Notes: generated by a model not told the origin, from the letters alone. DNA of 64,000 bases from Parasphingorhabdus sp. (GCF_039977335.1 NZ_JBDWDI010000002.1:68122-132121); one strand, 5' to 3'; numbered from the stretch's first letter, positions 48,737-58,848 are shown. Numbers and translations: made by a program.

Positions 48737-49374
48737 AAACCACAGGTCTTCTTGGCGGCTCCTTTAACCCTGCCCATGGTGCGCATCGCTCGATCAGCCT
48801 TTTCGCGATGGAGGAATTGGCGCTCGACGAACTATGGTGGCTGGTGTCGCCCGGCAACCCTTTGAAAGAGGGTTCCAAGGATATGGCACCGCTTGGCGCG
48901 CGTTTGGCATCAGCGCAAAAAATGGCGCGGCGCAGTGCCATAAGACCGACCGCCATCGAGCAAACACTGGGAACGCGGTACACTTATGACACCCTGCGCG
49001 CGCTGGTCCGGCGCTATCCGAAACGGCAATTTGTCTGGATCATGGGGGCGGACAATCTGGCGCAATTTCACCGCTGGAAAGACTGGCGAAAAATCGCTCG
49101 ATTATTGCCGATTGCAGTTATTGCCCGGCCCGGCTATGATGATGATGCTCTTGCGGCTCCCGCAATGGCATGGCTCCGGCGCTCCGTCCGGCCCGCGAGC
49201 CAGCGGATGAACTGGACTAACTGGAGTACGCCAGCGCTGACATTTTTGCGCTATCGTCCCGACCCACGCTCGGCCACCGCGATCCGGATGGCCCGGCCCC
49301 ATTGGCACAAACAATATGCTGATCGCTGCGTTCGCGACGCCGTGACACGTAAGTTGGTTTGCCAGACAGATTGA
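48733..49374 (+). CDS. nadD: Nicotinate-nucleotide adenylyltransferase
   Basis: GLLGGSFNPAHGAH, WWLVSPGNPLK, WIMGADNL..FHRWKDW. Confidence 0.93.
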   Translation: MKTTGLLGGSFNPAHGAHRSISLFAMEELALDELWWLVSPGNPLKEGSKDMAPLGARLASAQKMARRSAIRPTAIEQTLGTRYTYDTLRALVRRYPKRQFVWIMGADNLAQFHRWKDWRKIARLLPIAVIARPGYDDDALAAPAMAWLRRSVRPASQRMNWTNWSTPALTFLRYRPDPRSATAIRMARPHWHKQYADRCVRDAVTRKLVCQTD

Positions 49375-49385
49375 TAGGATTTGAA

Positions 49386-49796
49386 TTGACGAAATCGAAA
49401 AGCAAAGCACTGACATCCGCCGATTCCAAGGAAGGAAAGGCCGAATCAGATGCCCTTTATGCTCTCGTAATGAAATCGCTCGACGATGATCAGGCGCAGG
49501 ATATTGTCACGATCGGACTGGAGGGCAAAAGCAATATAGCCGACCATATGGTGATCGCCGAAGGGCGTTCGACTCGCCAAGTCGCGTCCATGGCCCAAAA
49601 ACTGGCCGAGCGCGTCAAACAAGCAGGCGGTGAGGCACGGATTGAAGGTCTGGCCAATGCCGACTGGGTTTTGATCGACGCAGGCGATGTGATCATCCAT
49701 CTCTTCCGCCCCGAAGTCCGCAGCTTCTATAATCTGGAACGCATGTGGGCCGTCGGTGAAGAAGATACATCCGAAACTGAGGCCGCTGAAGCCTAA
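49386..49796 (+). CDS. rsfS: Ribosome silencing factor
   Basis: LDDDQAQDIV.I.L, IADHMVIA.GRS.RQV, WVLIDAGDVIIHLF.PE.R.FYNLE.MW; start codon uncertain. Confidence 0.92.
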   Translation: MTKSKSKALTSADSKEGKAESDALYALVMKSLDDDQAQDIVTIGLEGKSNIADHMVIAEGRSTRQVASMAQKLAERVKQAGGEARIEGLANADWVLIDAGDVIIHLFRPEVRSFYNLERMWAVGEEDTSETEAAEA

Positions 49797-49815
49797 GTCC
49801 GGCGGCTCTTCACTC

Positions 49816-50238
49816 ATGAGGCTTCATATCGTCGCTCGCGGGAAGATTGGCCGCAGTCCTGAGCAGGAACTGGTCGAGCGCTATGTCAAGCGGATCAAAT
49901 GGGATGTGAAGCTCAGCGAATTACCGGAACAGGGCGGAAAAAACCCCAAAGTCAGCGATCAGACGAAGATCATCGCGCTGGACGAAACCGGAGAAAACTG
50001 GACGTCCAAAGCCTTTGCGAAAGTCCTGAGCGGCTGGCGCGACAATGGCGTGCGGGAGGCGCGTTTCCTGATTGGTGCGGCGGATGGTCTCACCAAGGAA
50101 GAGCGCAGCAGCGCAGATCATTTCTTCTCATTCGGCAAAGCCACCTGGCCGCATCTTATGGCGCGCGCCATGTTGGCCGAGCAACTATTCCGCGCGACCG
50201 CCATCATCGCCAATCACCCCTACCATAGAGAGGGTTAA
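49816..50238 (+). CDS. rlmH: 23S rRNA pseudouridine-1915 methyltransferase
   Basis: IALDETG, FLIGAADGL, FG..TWPHLMARAMLAEQLFRA..I...HPYHR. Confidence 0.95.
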   Translation: MRLHIVARGKIGRSPEQELVERYVKRIKWDVKLSELPEQGGKNPKVSDQTKIIALDETGENWTSKAFAKVLSGWRDNGVREARFLIGAADGLTKEERSSADHFFSFGKATWPHLMARAMLAEQLFRATAIIANHPYHREG

Positions 50239-50241
50239 GGG

Positions 50242-51438
50242 ATGCTGCGCTGGCTTTTCATTCTATCGGGCCTGGCTTTTATCGGTGCCTTTTTTGCGGC
50301 AGCTCTGCCGGCGCAAACTCGCGGACCATCGCTGGAAGACGAACAGCGCGCTCTGGTATCGGCGCGAGAACAGTCCGACAAAGCCCGGCAGCGCGGCGAT
50401 GCCCTGCGCCGCCAGGCGGAAGCCGCCAATAATGAAGCCGACCGGATCAGCAGCGAAGCCGCCGCTCTGGCCGCACGCATACAAGCAGCGGAAGCGGACA
50501 TCCGGGCAGCACGATCGCGGATCGCAATTGTCGAGCGGCTGCAGGAGCGCCAGCGTGCCCGTCTAGCTGAAAAGCAGGGGCCGGTTGTCCGGCTCACCGC
50601 GGCGCTGCAGATGATGACTCGCAAGCCGACAGCCCTCGCTTTGGTAGAACCTCACTCGCTGAACGAACTTATCTATATCCGTTCGATCATGTCGGCTGTG
50701 GTGCCTGAAATTGAGCAACGCACGGCCAATCTGCGCCGCGAGGTAGAACAGGGCGAAAAACTGCGGACCCAGTCTTCGCGCGCCATTGCATCCCTGAATG
50801 AAAGTCAGCAGCGCTTGGCGCAGCGGCGCACACAGCTCGCTAGCCTCGAAGCCAATGAGCGCGTTGAGGCCCAGCAATTTTCCGATGATGCTGGTCTGGA
50901 ACAAGACCGCGCACTGGCCTTGGGCGAAGAGGCCCGTGATATTTTGGATCTGATGGATCAGATTCGGGAAAGCGGCACCGTGCGCGAATCCCTGTCTCAG
51001 CTCGATGGTCCGCTCTTGCGACCCAATCAAGAAGGCGATGGCCCGATCGCCAATCCAGGACGCCAGGTCAATGTCGCCAGCGCTTATCGGCTGCCCGTTG
51101 TCGGCGATATCGTCACGGGATTGGGAGAGATATCGGATAGCGGCTATCGCTCTCGTGGATTGACCATCGCCGTCGAACCCGGTGCCCAGATTGTCGCCCC
51201 CGCAGCGGGCCGAGTTGCCTTCTCCGGGCGCTATCGGGGCTATGGCAATATAATGATTATCGAACATGACAAGAGCTGGACCAGCTTGATCACCAATATG
51301 GCAAGCACTAGCGCAGAAGTGGGTGACACAATCGTGCAAGGCGCACCCGTTGGTCGGTCAGGGCAGGATGAGCCCAATGTAACGGTGGAGTTGCGCCGCA
51401 ATGGCCGCCCGATTGATATCGCTGCGTTGGTGGGTTGA
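50242..51438 (+). CDS. envC: Murein hydrolase activator EnvC/LdpF family (degenerate M23)
   Basis: Signal peptide + long coiled coil + LytM domain lacking HxH (GYGNIMIIEH, ELRRNGRPID). Confidence 0.8.
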   Translation: MLRWLFILSGLAFIGAFFAAALPAQTRGPSLEDEQRALVSAREQSDKARQRGDALRRQAEAANNEADRISSEAAALAARIQAAEADIRAARSRIAIVERLQERQRARLAEKQGPVVRLTAALQMMTRKPTALALVEPHSLNELIYIRSIMSAVVPEIEQRTANLRREVEQGEKLRTQSSRAIASLNESQQRLAQRRTQLASLEANERVEAQQFSDDAGLEQDRALALGEEARDILDLMDQIRESGTVRESLSQLDGPLLRPNQEGDGPIANPGRQVNVASAYRLPVVGDIVTGLGEISDSGYRSRGLTIAVEPGAQIVAPAAGRVAFSGRYRGYGNIMIIEHDKSWTSLITNMASTSAEVGDTIVQGAPVGRSGQDEPNVTVELRRNGRPIDIAALVG

Positions 51439-51513
51439 ACTACACCTTATAAGAAGCGCAGACTCTATCGCGCAAAGATACCAAGATGCTTGCTTCAAAA
51501 TTTACAGGCCACA

Positions 51514-53022
51514 CTAATTGCGCGGTGCCTGGCGTCGGTAGCTCAATGCTTCCGCCACATGCACGCGCCCGATCTGCTCCACCCCGGCCAGATCAGCAAT
51601 CGTCCGGGATACGCGCAATGTACGGGTATAGCCGCGCGCAGATAGCCGCATCGCCTCAGCAGCTTGCGCCAATAACTGCCGCCCCGCTTCATCCGGCGTC
51701 GCATATTTTTCAAGTCCCTCGCCATCAATCTCACTATTGGTTCGCGCCGCAAGATCTGAATATCGCTCGCTCTGCAAAGCGCGCGCTTTGGACACACGCG
51801 CAGCGACTGCGTCAGACCCTTCGGCGGGCTTCGGCATAGTGAGGTCGGCGGCGGATAGCGCCTCTACCTCAATATGCAGATCAATCCGGTCGAGCAGCGG
51901 CCCGGATACTTTCGCCTGATAGTCGGCCGCGCATTTGGGTGCCCGCGAACAGGCGAGCGCCGCATCGCCGAGATGGCCGCAACGACACGGATTCATCGCC
52001 GCCACCATCTGGACACGCGCCGGAAAGGTCACATGGGCATTGGCGCGGGCGACACTGACTTCGCCCGTTTCCAGCGGCTGGCGCAAAGAATCCAGTACCG
52101 CGCGCTGAAATTCCGGCAGTTCGTCGAGAAACAGGACCCCGAGATGAGCGAGGCTGACTTCGCCGGGCCGTACCTTTAATCCACCTCCCACCAACGCGGC
52201 CATTGAGGCGCTGTGATGCGGATGCCGATAGGGACGAGTCCGACTCATCTGCCCGCCCTCTAATGTGCCCGCCACACTGGCGACCATCGAAACCTCCAAT
52301 GCTTCCGCCGGTGACAGGGGTGGCAAAATGCCTGGCAGACAAGAGGCCAATAATGATTTGCCTGAGCCCGGAGGGCCATTCATCAAGAGATTATGGCCAC
52401 CTGCTGCTGCTATTTCCAAGGCACGTTTGGCGGTTTCCTGTCCTTTCACGTCCTTCAAATCCGGCCCATGGTTAGGCTCCGGTGCGGAGCCGGGGTCTGG
52501 AGAATTTAACACAGATTGGCCTTTGAAATGATTGAGCAAGGCAAGCAGATCATGCGGCGCCAATATTTCCACATCGCCTGCCCAAGCGGCTTCCGGTCCC
52601 TGCAAGGCGGGGCATATCAGTCCGAGATTCTCGCCGGATGCATGTAGCGCCGCGAGCAAAACTCCTGGTGTGGCAGCCAACCGCCCATCGAGCGACAATT
52701 CCCCGACGACGACATAGCTTGCCAATGTCTCCGCATCGATAATGCCCATTGCCCCGAGCAGCGCCAGCGCTATCGGCAGATCATAATGCGACCCTTCTTT
52801 TGGTAGGTCTGCAGGAGACAGGTTGATCGTGATACGCTTGGGCGGCAGCGACAATCCCAGCGCAGCTATCGCCGCGCGGACGCGTTCCCGGCTCTCTGCG
52901 ACAGCTTTATCGGGCAGGCCAACAACATTGAAAGCCGGTACGCCGGGCGCAACCTGACATTGCACTTCCACGCCGCGCGCTTCCAACCCCAAATAGGCCA
53001 CGGTGGAAACCAGTGCTACCAT
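51514..53022 (-). CDS. comM: YifB/ComM Mg-chelatase-like AAA+ ATPase
   Basis: VGLPDKAVAESRERV, GPPGSGKS, PGEVSLAHLGVLFLDELPEF, SGPLLDRID. Confidence 0.9.
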   Translation of the reverse strand: MVALVSTVAYLGLEARGVEVQCQVAPGVPAFNVVGLPDKAVAESRERVRAAIAALGLSLPPKRITINLSPADLPKEGSHYDLPIALALLGAMGIIDAETLASYVVVGELSLDGRLAATPGVLLAALHASGENLGLICPALQGPEAAWAGDVEILAPHDLLALLNHFKGQSVLNSPDPGSAPEPNHGPDLKDVKGQETAKRALEIAAAGGHNLLMNGPPGSGKSLLASCLPGILPPLSPAEALEVSMVASVAGTLEGGQMSRTRPYRHPHHSASMAALVGGGLKVRPGEVSLAHLGVLFLDELPEFQRAVLDSLRQPLETGEVSVARANAHVTFPARVQMVAAMNPCRCGHLGDAALACSRAPKCAADYQAKVSGPLLDRIDLHIEVEALSAADLTMPKPAEGSDAVAARVSKARALQSERYSDLAARTNSEIDGEGLEKYATPDEAGRQLLAQAAEAMRLSARGYTRTLRVSRTIADLAGVEQIGRVHVAEALSYRRQAPRN

Positions 53023-53216
53023 CTCATGCCGCCTATTTGCCCTGTCATCCAGGGAAGTGTGACAAGGCGCACCAAAAGAGTCGAGCGCGAACAAGGACTT
53101 GGCCGGAACCGTCAAGATGGTGATGCACTGCCACTTATCTGGGCCATTTCTTGGTTAACACACTGCAAACCAACCGCTTCTACTATTTATCAAGCGCCGT
53201 CTGACAAAAGCGGCCA

Positions 53217-53981
53217 ATGGAAACTGTTGCAAATCAAGCAGCTGGCGGAAACCAAGGCGCCAGTGAAGGTGGTAGCGATCATGGTTTGGGCGGAAATTTC
53301 GGCCTCGGCCTTTGGGTGACGCTATTCGCCTTTCTCACCCTCTTTCTGCTTCCAGCCGAGCAGGCGCAGGCTTCCGATTCCAGCTACACTGTCACCGAGA
53401 CCATCGAGACGTTCGAATATGATATTATCGAACCCGAGCATGAGACCGATTGGTCCACCGCTCCGGCACAGGCGAGCTACGGGCCGTTTCGCGTAATCTC
53501 TGCGGATACCGTTGAGATGTCGGGTACCGTCGACAGCTATTCGCCAGCTCTGTTTCAAAAAATGCTGCAACAATATCCCGGTATCAAGCGGATTGAGATG
53601 ATCGACTGTGATGGCTCTGTCGACGAAGAAGCAAATCTGAACCTTGCCCGGCAAATCCGGCGTGCAGGGATAAGTACCCATGTACCTTCGCGCGGTTCCG
53701 TGCGCTCTGGTGCGGTTGAGCTTTTCCTCGCTGGCTTGCGGCATACCGCAGACAAGGGCGCCGAATTTGTTGTGCATAGCTGGATGGATGAAGACGGGCG
53801 TGAAGCCAAAGACTATCCGGCCAATGATCCGGTCCATGCCGAATATCTCGACTATTATGCGGAAATGGGCATTCCTGCGGACAAGGCCCGGGCCTTTTAC
53901 ACATTGACAAACAGCGTGCCCTTTGCCGAGCAACTTAAACTGTCTCGCGGCGATCTCGCGCGCTTCCAGCTGCTGCACTAG
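53217..53981 (+). CDS. Periplasmic ClpP/crotonase-fold-like hypothetical protein
   Basis: Signal/TM; DCDGS.D..ANL.LA..IR..GI.T.V, RSGAVELFLAG, VHSW. Confidence 0.7.
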   Translation: METVANQAAGGNQGASEGGSDHGLGGNFGLGLWVTLFAFLTLFLLPAEQAQASDSSYTVTETIETFEYDIIEPEHETDWSTAPAQASYGPFRVISADTVEMSGTVDSYSPALFQKMLQQYPGIKRIEMIDCDGSVDEEANLNLARQIRRAGISTHVPSRGSVRSGAVELFLAGLRHTADKGAEFVVHSWMDEDGREAKDYPANDPVHAEYLDYYAEMGIPADKARAFYTLTNSVPFAEQLKLSRGDLARFQLLH

Positions 53982-54135
53982 CACCAATATCCACCACTAT
54001 ATTTGCAGGATCGGCGATCCTGCTCCGTCTCCCATTCATGCTATATGCATAAAATGGAATGATAATCGACGAGCAGCGTGATTTCTTCGACGGCGCGGCT
54101 TGCGGGCTATGCGGAGATGCATCACATTATAGCGT

Positions 54136-54474
54136 ATGAAAGTGGATATGGACGAGAAACTCAGGAAAAAACGGTGGAAATATACATCAGGATCGCGATT
54201 CGCGCTTTCGGTGCTCGGTTTTGTGCTGATGATCCTGTCCCCCATTGTTGGCGCTATTCCGGGACCCGGCTTTATCATCATGTTCCCGATCGGATTAGCG
54301 CTGGTGCTACAAAATTCACGCTGGGCAAAGAAGCGCTATGCCGATTTTAAACGGCGTTTCCCGAAATATGGCCAATGGACTGACTGGGCGATGCGCCGCA
54401 AACGACACAAGAAGCTGCCCGACGATTTTGAACTGCCGATATTTGGCAAGGTGAAGACCAAGTCCGAAAGTTGA
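54136..54474 (+). CDS. PGPGW-like small membrane protein
   Basis: TM hairpin containing IPGPG; SRWAK. Confidence 0.7.
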   Translation: MKVDMDEKLRKKRWKYTSGSRFALSVLGFVLMILSPIVGAIPGPGFIIMFPIGLALVLQNSRWAKKRYADFKRRFPKYGQWTDWAMRRKRHKKLPDDFELPIFGKVKTKSES

Positions 54475-54529
54475 GTCATTTCTACCAGTTTTTTTGCCAA
54501 ATTTTTTACAGGGTGCCGCTGGCTAGTGC

Positions 54530-54599
54530 TTGACTTTCCGCGGCTGCACACTTATCCGCAGCGACAACGAGGTGGCCGCAGCTTATAGCGGCCTTTTTT
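54530..54599 (+). promoter_or_regulatory. rpmH promoter candidate and leader hairpin
   Basis: TTGACT-N17-TATCCG, then GGCCGC-N8-GCGGCC-TTTTTT. Confidence 0.5.
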
Positions 54600-54628
54600 A
54601 TCGAAATTTTAGACGTAGGATAAACGCG

Positions 54629-54763
54629 ATGAAGCGCACATTTCAACCGAGCCGCCTGGTCCGCAAACGGCGCCATGGTTTTCGCGCCCGCAAAGCGACC
54701 GTCGGAGGCCGTAAAGTACTGGCTGCCCGCCGTAACCGTGGCCGCAAGAAGCTCTCTGCCTAA
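54629..54763 (+). CDS. rpmH: 50S ribosomal protein L34
   Basis: [37 protein letters not shown]. Confidence 0.98.
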   Translation: MKRTFQPSRLVRKRRHGFRARKATVGGRKVLAARRNRGRKKLSA

Positions 54764-54795
54764 GGCATCTGCTCCGGCAGAAACCGGGTGATGCG

Positions 54796-55203
54796 GTGAC
54801 CGATCCGCAGCCTCAATTTATCGACAATCAAAAAGCCGTTCGCGACATTCAGGTGATTCGCAAACGACCGGATTTTCTTGCGGCGAATCGCGGCAAGCGA
54901 TTCGTGACGCCTGGCTTTGTCCTGCTCGCCCATAAACGCCGCGCAGAGCACCCTGTTTCCCCTGACACTATCCGCTATGGGATCACCGTGACCAAAAAAA
55001 TCGGGAATGCAGTCGCCCGCAACCGGATGAAGCGCCGGTTTCGCGGGCTGCTTGCTGAATTGCTCCCTCAATATGGTATAGTCGGCGCAGATCATATCAT
55101 GATTGGCCGCAAGGCAGGCGGCAAACAAGATGGGGAACGGGAATCTGCCGCTATGAAAGCAGACCTTGAAAAAGCGCTGAAACATCTCGCGAAAAAACTC
55201 TGA
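54796..55203 (+). CDS. rnpA: Ribonuclease P protein component
   Basis: [30 protein letters not shown]. Confidence 0.93.
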   Translation: MTDPQPQFIDNQKAVRDIQVIRKRPDFLAANRGKRFVTPGFVLLAHKRRAEHPVSPDTIRYGITVTKKIGNAVARNRMKRRFRGLLAELLPQYGIVGADHIMIGRKAGGKQDGERESAAMKADLEKALKHLAKKL

Positions 55204-55208
55204 AAGTC

Positions 55209-55421
55209 ATGCTCAAAGCCATTTTCATCTTCTTCGTACGGTGCTGGCAATGGGGTCCATCGCGTATTTTGCCGCCGACCTGCCGCTACAGTCCAACTTG
55301 TTCGGCCTATGCCATTGAAGCGATCGAAAAACATGGTGCAATTAAAGGTAGCTGGCTGGGCGCGAAACGGCTATTGCGCTGTCATCCATGGGGGGGCTCT
55401 GGTTATGACCCGGTTCCCTGA
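55209..55421 (+). CDS. yidD: Membrane protein insertion efficiency factor
   Basis: [20 protein letters not shown]...[15 protein letters not shown]. Confidence 0.95.
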   Translation: MLKAIFIFFVRCWQWGPSRILPPTCRYSPTCSAYAIEAIEKHGAIKGSWLGAKRLLRCHPWGGSGYDPVP

Positions 55422-55498
55422 ACCCGATATTGAATAGGACAGGCACCAGTCTTACTTGGTGTAAAACCGATCTTTAAGACCAGAGTTTAGGAAAAATA

Positions 55499-57334
55499 GT
55501 GGACGACAAGCGTAATATCATCATGGCGGTCTTGCTAACCGGCATCATCCTGTTTGGCTGGCCGGTCCTGATGGAAACATTTTTCCCAGACATGGTGAAC
55601 AAAAATGAAGCGGTGGAGCAATCCGAACAGGCTGCCGCCGATTCACAAGACGTCGCGCAAGCTGATGGATCTGCTCCCGCTGTTTCAACCAAGCCCGGTT
55701 CCGCAACAATCGGCGCGGGTGCAGCCGTCGGCACGATCCGCGCGCTACCCGTCGTTTTGGCAGAGAGTCCGCGGGTTGCGATTGATACACCGCGCCTCAA
55801 AGGCTCAATTAACCTGCAAGGCGCCCGATTTGATGACTTGACGCTAACCGATCACACGACGGAGCTGGCTAAAGACAGCCCGCCTGTGCGCCTATTCTCG
55901 CCATCCGGAACCAAGGATGCCTATTTTAGCCGCTTTGGCTGGGCCGGAGATGGCGTGGCCGTGCCGGATGACAAAACCGTCTGGACCGCCGACAAAGCCA
56001 AGCTGACTCCCGAAACGCCGGTCACGTTAAGTTGGGCCAATGAAACCGGACAGACTTATGCAATCACGCTGTCCGTTGACGAAAATTACCTGATCACCGC
56101 CGAACAGAACGTCACCAATCGTGGCGAAAACGCGATTGCGCTGAACCCCTTTGGTATACTCAGCCGGGTGCGCGATCTTGACAATGTTGCGGCGGGCGAA
56201 GCCGATAGCTGGACCATCCATATTGGCCCGATGGGTGTGTTTGACGGTGCTGCCAATTTCGATACCGACTATGAAGATGTCGATGAAGCAGGCACCAATG
56301 GCATAGCAGCCAATGCGACCAAGGGCTGGGTTGGCTTCACTGACAAATATTGGCTCGGTGCCCTGATCCCCGTCAGCAAAGCGAAGGTCGAAGCAAAATT
56401 CCGCGCGGGTAGCGGCGAAATTTATCAAGCGCAAATTGCTCGCGAAAATGCACAGGTTATTGCGCCCGGCAAAGTGTTGAAGACAACCACACGCTTGTTC
56501 GCTGGCGCGAAGGAAACTGCGCTGCTCGACACCTATAAAGAGCAATATAACATCACCTTGCTCGACCGCGCCGTTGATTGGGGCTGGTTCTACTGGTTTG
56601 AAAAGCCACTTTTCTATCTGCTCGACTGGCTGTTTAAATTTTCCGGCAATTTTGGTGTCGCGATCATCCTGATGACCTTTGTCGTCCGCGGAATCATGTT
56701 CCCGATTGCGCAGAAGCAATTCGCCTCCATGGCTCAAATGCGTGCCGTGCAGCCGAAGATGAAGAAGATTCAGGAAAAATATAAGGAAGATAAGCAGAAG
56801 CAGCAGCAGGAAATTATGAAGCTGTATAAGGACGAGAAGGTCAATCCGCTTGCGGGTTGCCTGCCGATCTTCCTGCAGATCCCTATTTTCTTTGCGCTCT
56901 ATAAAGTGCTGATGCTGTCGATCGAAATGCGCCATCAGCCGTTTGCACTGTGGATCAAGGATTTGTCTGCACCCGACCCATTAACGCCGGTCAACCTGTT
57001 CGGTCTGATCCCGTTTGATCCGCCCAGCTTCCTCGCGGTTGGTATCTTGCCGATCTTGATGGGCATCACCATGCACTATCAGTTCAAGCTGAACCCGCAG
57101 CAAATGGACCCGATGCAGCAGCAGATTTTCGGCATCATGCCGTGGATCCTGGTGTTCATCATGGCCCCGTTTGCCGCTGGCCTTCAACTCTATTGGACCG
57201 TGTCCAACGTCCTCACCATTGCGCAGCAGAAATGGCTCTATTCCCGCCATCCACAGCTGAAAGAGCAAATGGCCAAGGATGCTGAGGAAAAAGCGAAAAA
57301 GGCCGCGGAAGAAAAGGCGGCTGAAACAAACTAG
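55499..57334 (+). CDS. yidC: Membrane protein insertase YidC
   Basis: DWGWF.WF.KP, GNFGVAII..T..VR, NPLAGCLP...Q.PIFFALY, WI.DLSAPDP. Confidence 0.97.
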   Translation: MDDKRNIIMAVLLTGIILFGWPVLMETFFPDMVNKNEAVEQSEQAAADSQDVAQADGSAPAVSTKPGSATIGAGAAVGTIRALPVVLAESPRVAIDTPRLKGSINLQGARFDDLTLTDHTTELAKDSPPVRLFSPSGTKDAYFSRFGWAGDGVAVPDDKTVWTADKAKLTPETPVTLSWANETGQTYAITLSVDENYLITAEQNVTNRGENAIALNPFGILSRVRDLDNVAAGEADSWTIHIGPMGVFDGAANFDTDYEDVDEAGTNGIAANATKGWVGFTDKYWLGALIPVSKAKVEAKFRAGSGEIYQAQIARENAQVIAPGKVLKTTTRLFAGAKETALLDTYKEQYNITLLDRAVDWGWFYWFEKPLFYLLDWLFKFSGNFGVAIILMTFVVRGIMFPIAQKQFASMAQMRAVQPKMKKIQEKYKEDKQKQQQEIMKLYKDEKVNPLAGCLPIFLQIPIFFALYKVLMLSIEMRHQPFALWIKDLSAPDPLTPVNLFGLIPFDPPSFLAVGILPILMGITMHYQFKLNPQQMDPMQQQIFGIMPWILVFIMAPFAAGLQLYWTVSNVLTIAQQKWLYSRHPQLKEQMAKDAEEKAKKAAEEKAAETN

Positions 57335-57355
57335 GCGAGACAATCCCTCTGGGTT

Positions 57356-57435
57356 CGTCATCCTGCACTTGATGCAGGATCCAGAGTGGACGTCACGACC
57401 GACAAGCTAGATCCTGCATCAAGTGCAGGATGACG
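57356..57435. repeat. Nested-palindrome REP-like element
   Basis: Perfect 26-bp inverted repeat CGTCATCCTGCACTTGATGCAGGATC (57356-57381 / 57410-57435); each arm is itself a hairpin. Confidence 0.85.
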
Positions 57436-57445
57436 GATTGATATT

Positions 57446-58078
57446 ATGAAACCACTACATCCCAAAATCTTTTCCGGGCCGATTTCTTTCCTGAAATCGG
57501 CGCCGCAGCTACAGTTTTTACCGGACCCAACGGCTCCGGAAATTGCCTTTGCGGGACGATCCAATGTTGGTAAATCATCGCTGATCAATGCACTGACTGG
57601 CCGCAATGGGCTTGCACGGACGTCCAACACGCCGGGCCGGACGCAGGAATTGAATTTCTTCGATATTGGTGAAACAGATAACGGGCCGCCGATCTTCCGG
57701 ATTTGCGATATGCCAGGCTATGGCTTTGCCAAAGCGCCGCCAAAGGTCGTTCAAAAATGGCGCTACCTGATCAACGATTATCTGCGCGGGCGGCAAGTGC
57801 TTAAGCGCACATTTGTGCTGATCGATTCACGCCACGGCATCAAGAATACTGATGAAGATGTGCTGGAGATGTTGGACAAAGCGGCCGTCAGCTATCGGAT
57901 CGTCATGACCAAGGCGGACAAGGTAAAATCCGCCGAACTGGAAGCAACGAAAGAAAAGGTCATGGCGGAGGCGAAAAAACATCCCGCTGCCCATCCTGAT
58001 CTGATCGTCACATCGTCGGAGAAAAAGCAGGGCATTGACGAACTGCGCATGGCGGTACTCGAAGCCGTTCAGATATAG
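57446..58078 (+). CDS. engB: Ribosome biogenesis GTP-binding protein YihA/YsxC
   Basis: [51 protein letters not shown]. Confidence 0.95.
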   Translation: MKPLHPKIFSGPISFLKSAPQLQFLPDPTAPEIAFAGRSNVGKSSLINALTGRNGLARTSNTPGRTQELNFFDIGETDNGPPIFRICDMPGYGFAKAPPKVVQKWRYLINDYLRGRQVLKRTFVLIDSRHGIKNTDEDVLEMLDKAAVSYRIVMTKADKVKSAELEATKEKVMAEAKKHPAAHPDLIVTSSEKKQGIDELRMAVLEAVQI

Positions 58079-58162
58079 TATCACGTAACCTTCCACATCG
58101 GCATCGCGTATATCAGGATATAAGATTCCCGCTTTCGCTTGAATGATGAGTGAGTTAGGTAT

Positions 58163-58840
58163 GTGTCTATGAAACTGATAATCGGAAACAAAGCCTATTC
58201 CAGCTGGTCCATGCGTGGATGGCTCGCCTGCAAACAATCCGGCCTTTCTTTCGAAGAGCTGACCGTGCCGCTTTATGGCGAAGATTGGGACGAGATGCGG
58301 GTCAGCGAGAATTTTGCCCCGTCGGGCGGCAAGGTGCCGATCCTGTGGGACGGCGAAAGCGTGATCTGGGACAGTCTGGCGATTATCGACTGGCTTGCCG
58401 ACAAAACCCATCGCGACCGCTTTTGGCCCAAGGATGAAACCGCACGCGGCATGGCCCGTTCCATGGCGGCCGAGATGCACAGTGGCTTTATGGCGCTGCG
58501 CAAACAGTGCCCGATGAACACGCGCAAACGCTATGAAGGACTGCAATTCGCACCAGAGGTTGTTCAAGATGCCGCCCGGATCATGCAGCTATGGGCGCAG
58601 GCACGAGCTCGCTTTGGTGGTGGAGGGCCGTTTTTATTCGGCACTTTTGGTGCAGTTGATATCATGTACGCCCCGATTATTTCGCGGTTCCAGACCTATG
58701 GAATTCAGGTTCCGGGCTTTGCCGAATCTTACATGGAAACCATGCTAGGCCATGACTGGATGGTCCAGTGGATGGAGGCCGCCGAAGAAGAACCTTGGGT
58801 GATCGAACATTTTGATGCACCAGAAGCAGCACAGGGCTGA
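58163..58840 (+). CDS. Glutathione S-transferase family protein
   Basis: LIIGNKAYSSWSMRGWL, SGGKVPIL, WDSLAI, AEMHSGF.ALR..CPMN. Confidence 0.88.
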   Translation: MSMKLIIGNKAYSSWSMRGWLACKQSGLSFEELTVPLYGEDWDEMRVSENFAPSGGKVPILWDGESVIWDSLAIIDWLADKTHRDRFWPKDETARGMARSMAAEMHSGFMALRKQCPMNTRKRYEGLQFAPEVVQDAARIMQLWAQARARFGGGGPFLFGTFGAVDIMYAPIISRFQTYGIQVPGFAESYMETMLGHDWMVQWMEAAEEEPWVIEHFDAPEAAQG

Positions 58841-58848
58841 ACTACAAT

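Noticed and set aside
54005-54023. GCAGGATC-GGC-GATCCTGC hairpin as a second REP copy
   Set aside because: It shares only 8 nt with the 57356 element and lacks the GTCAT ends; more likely a simple terminator-like hairpin.
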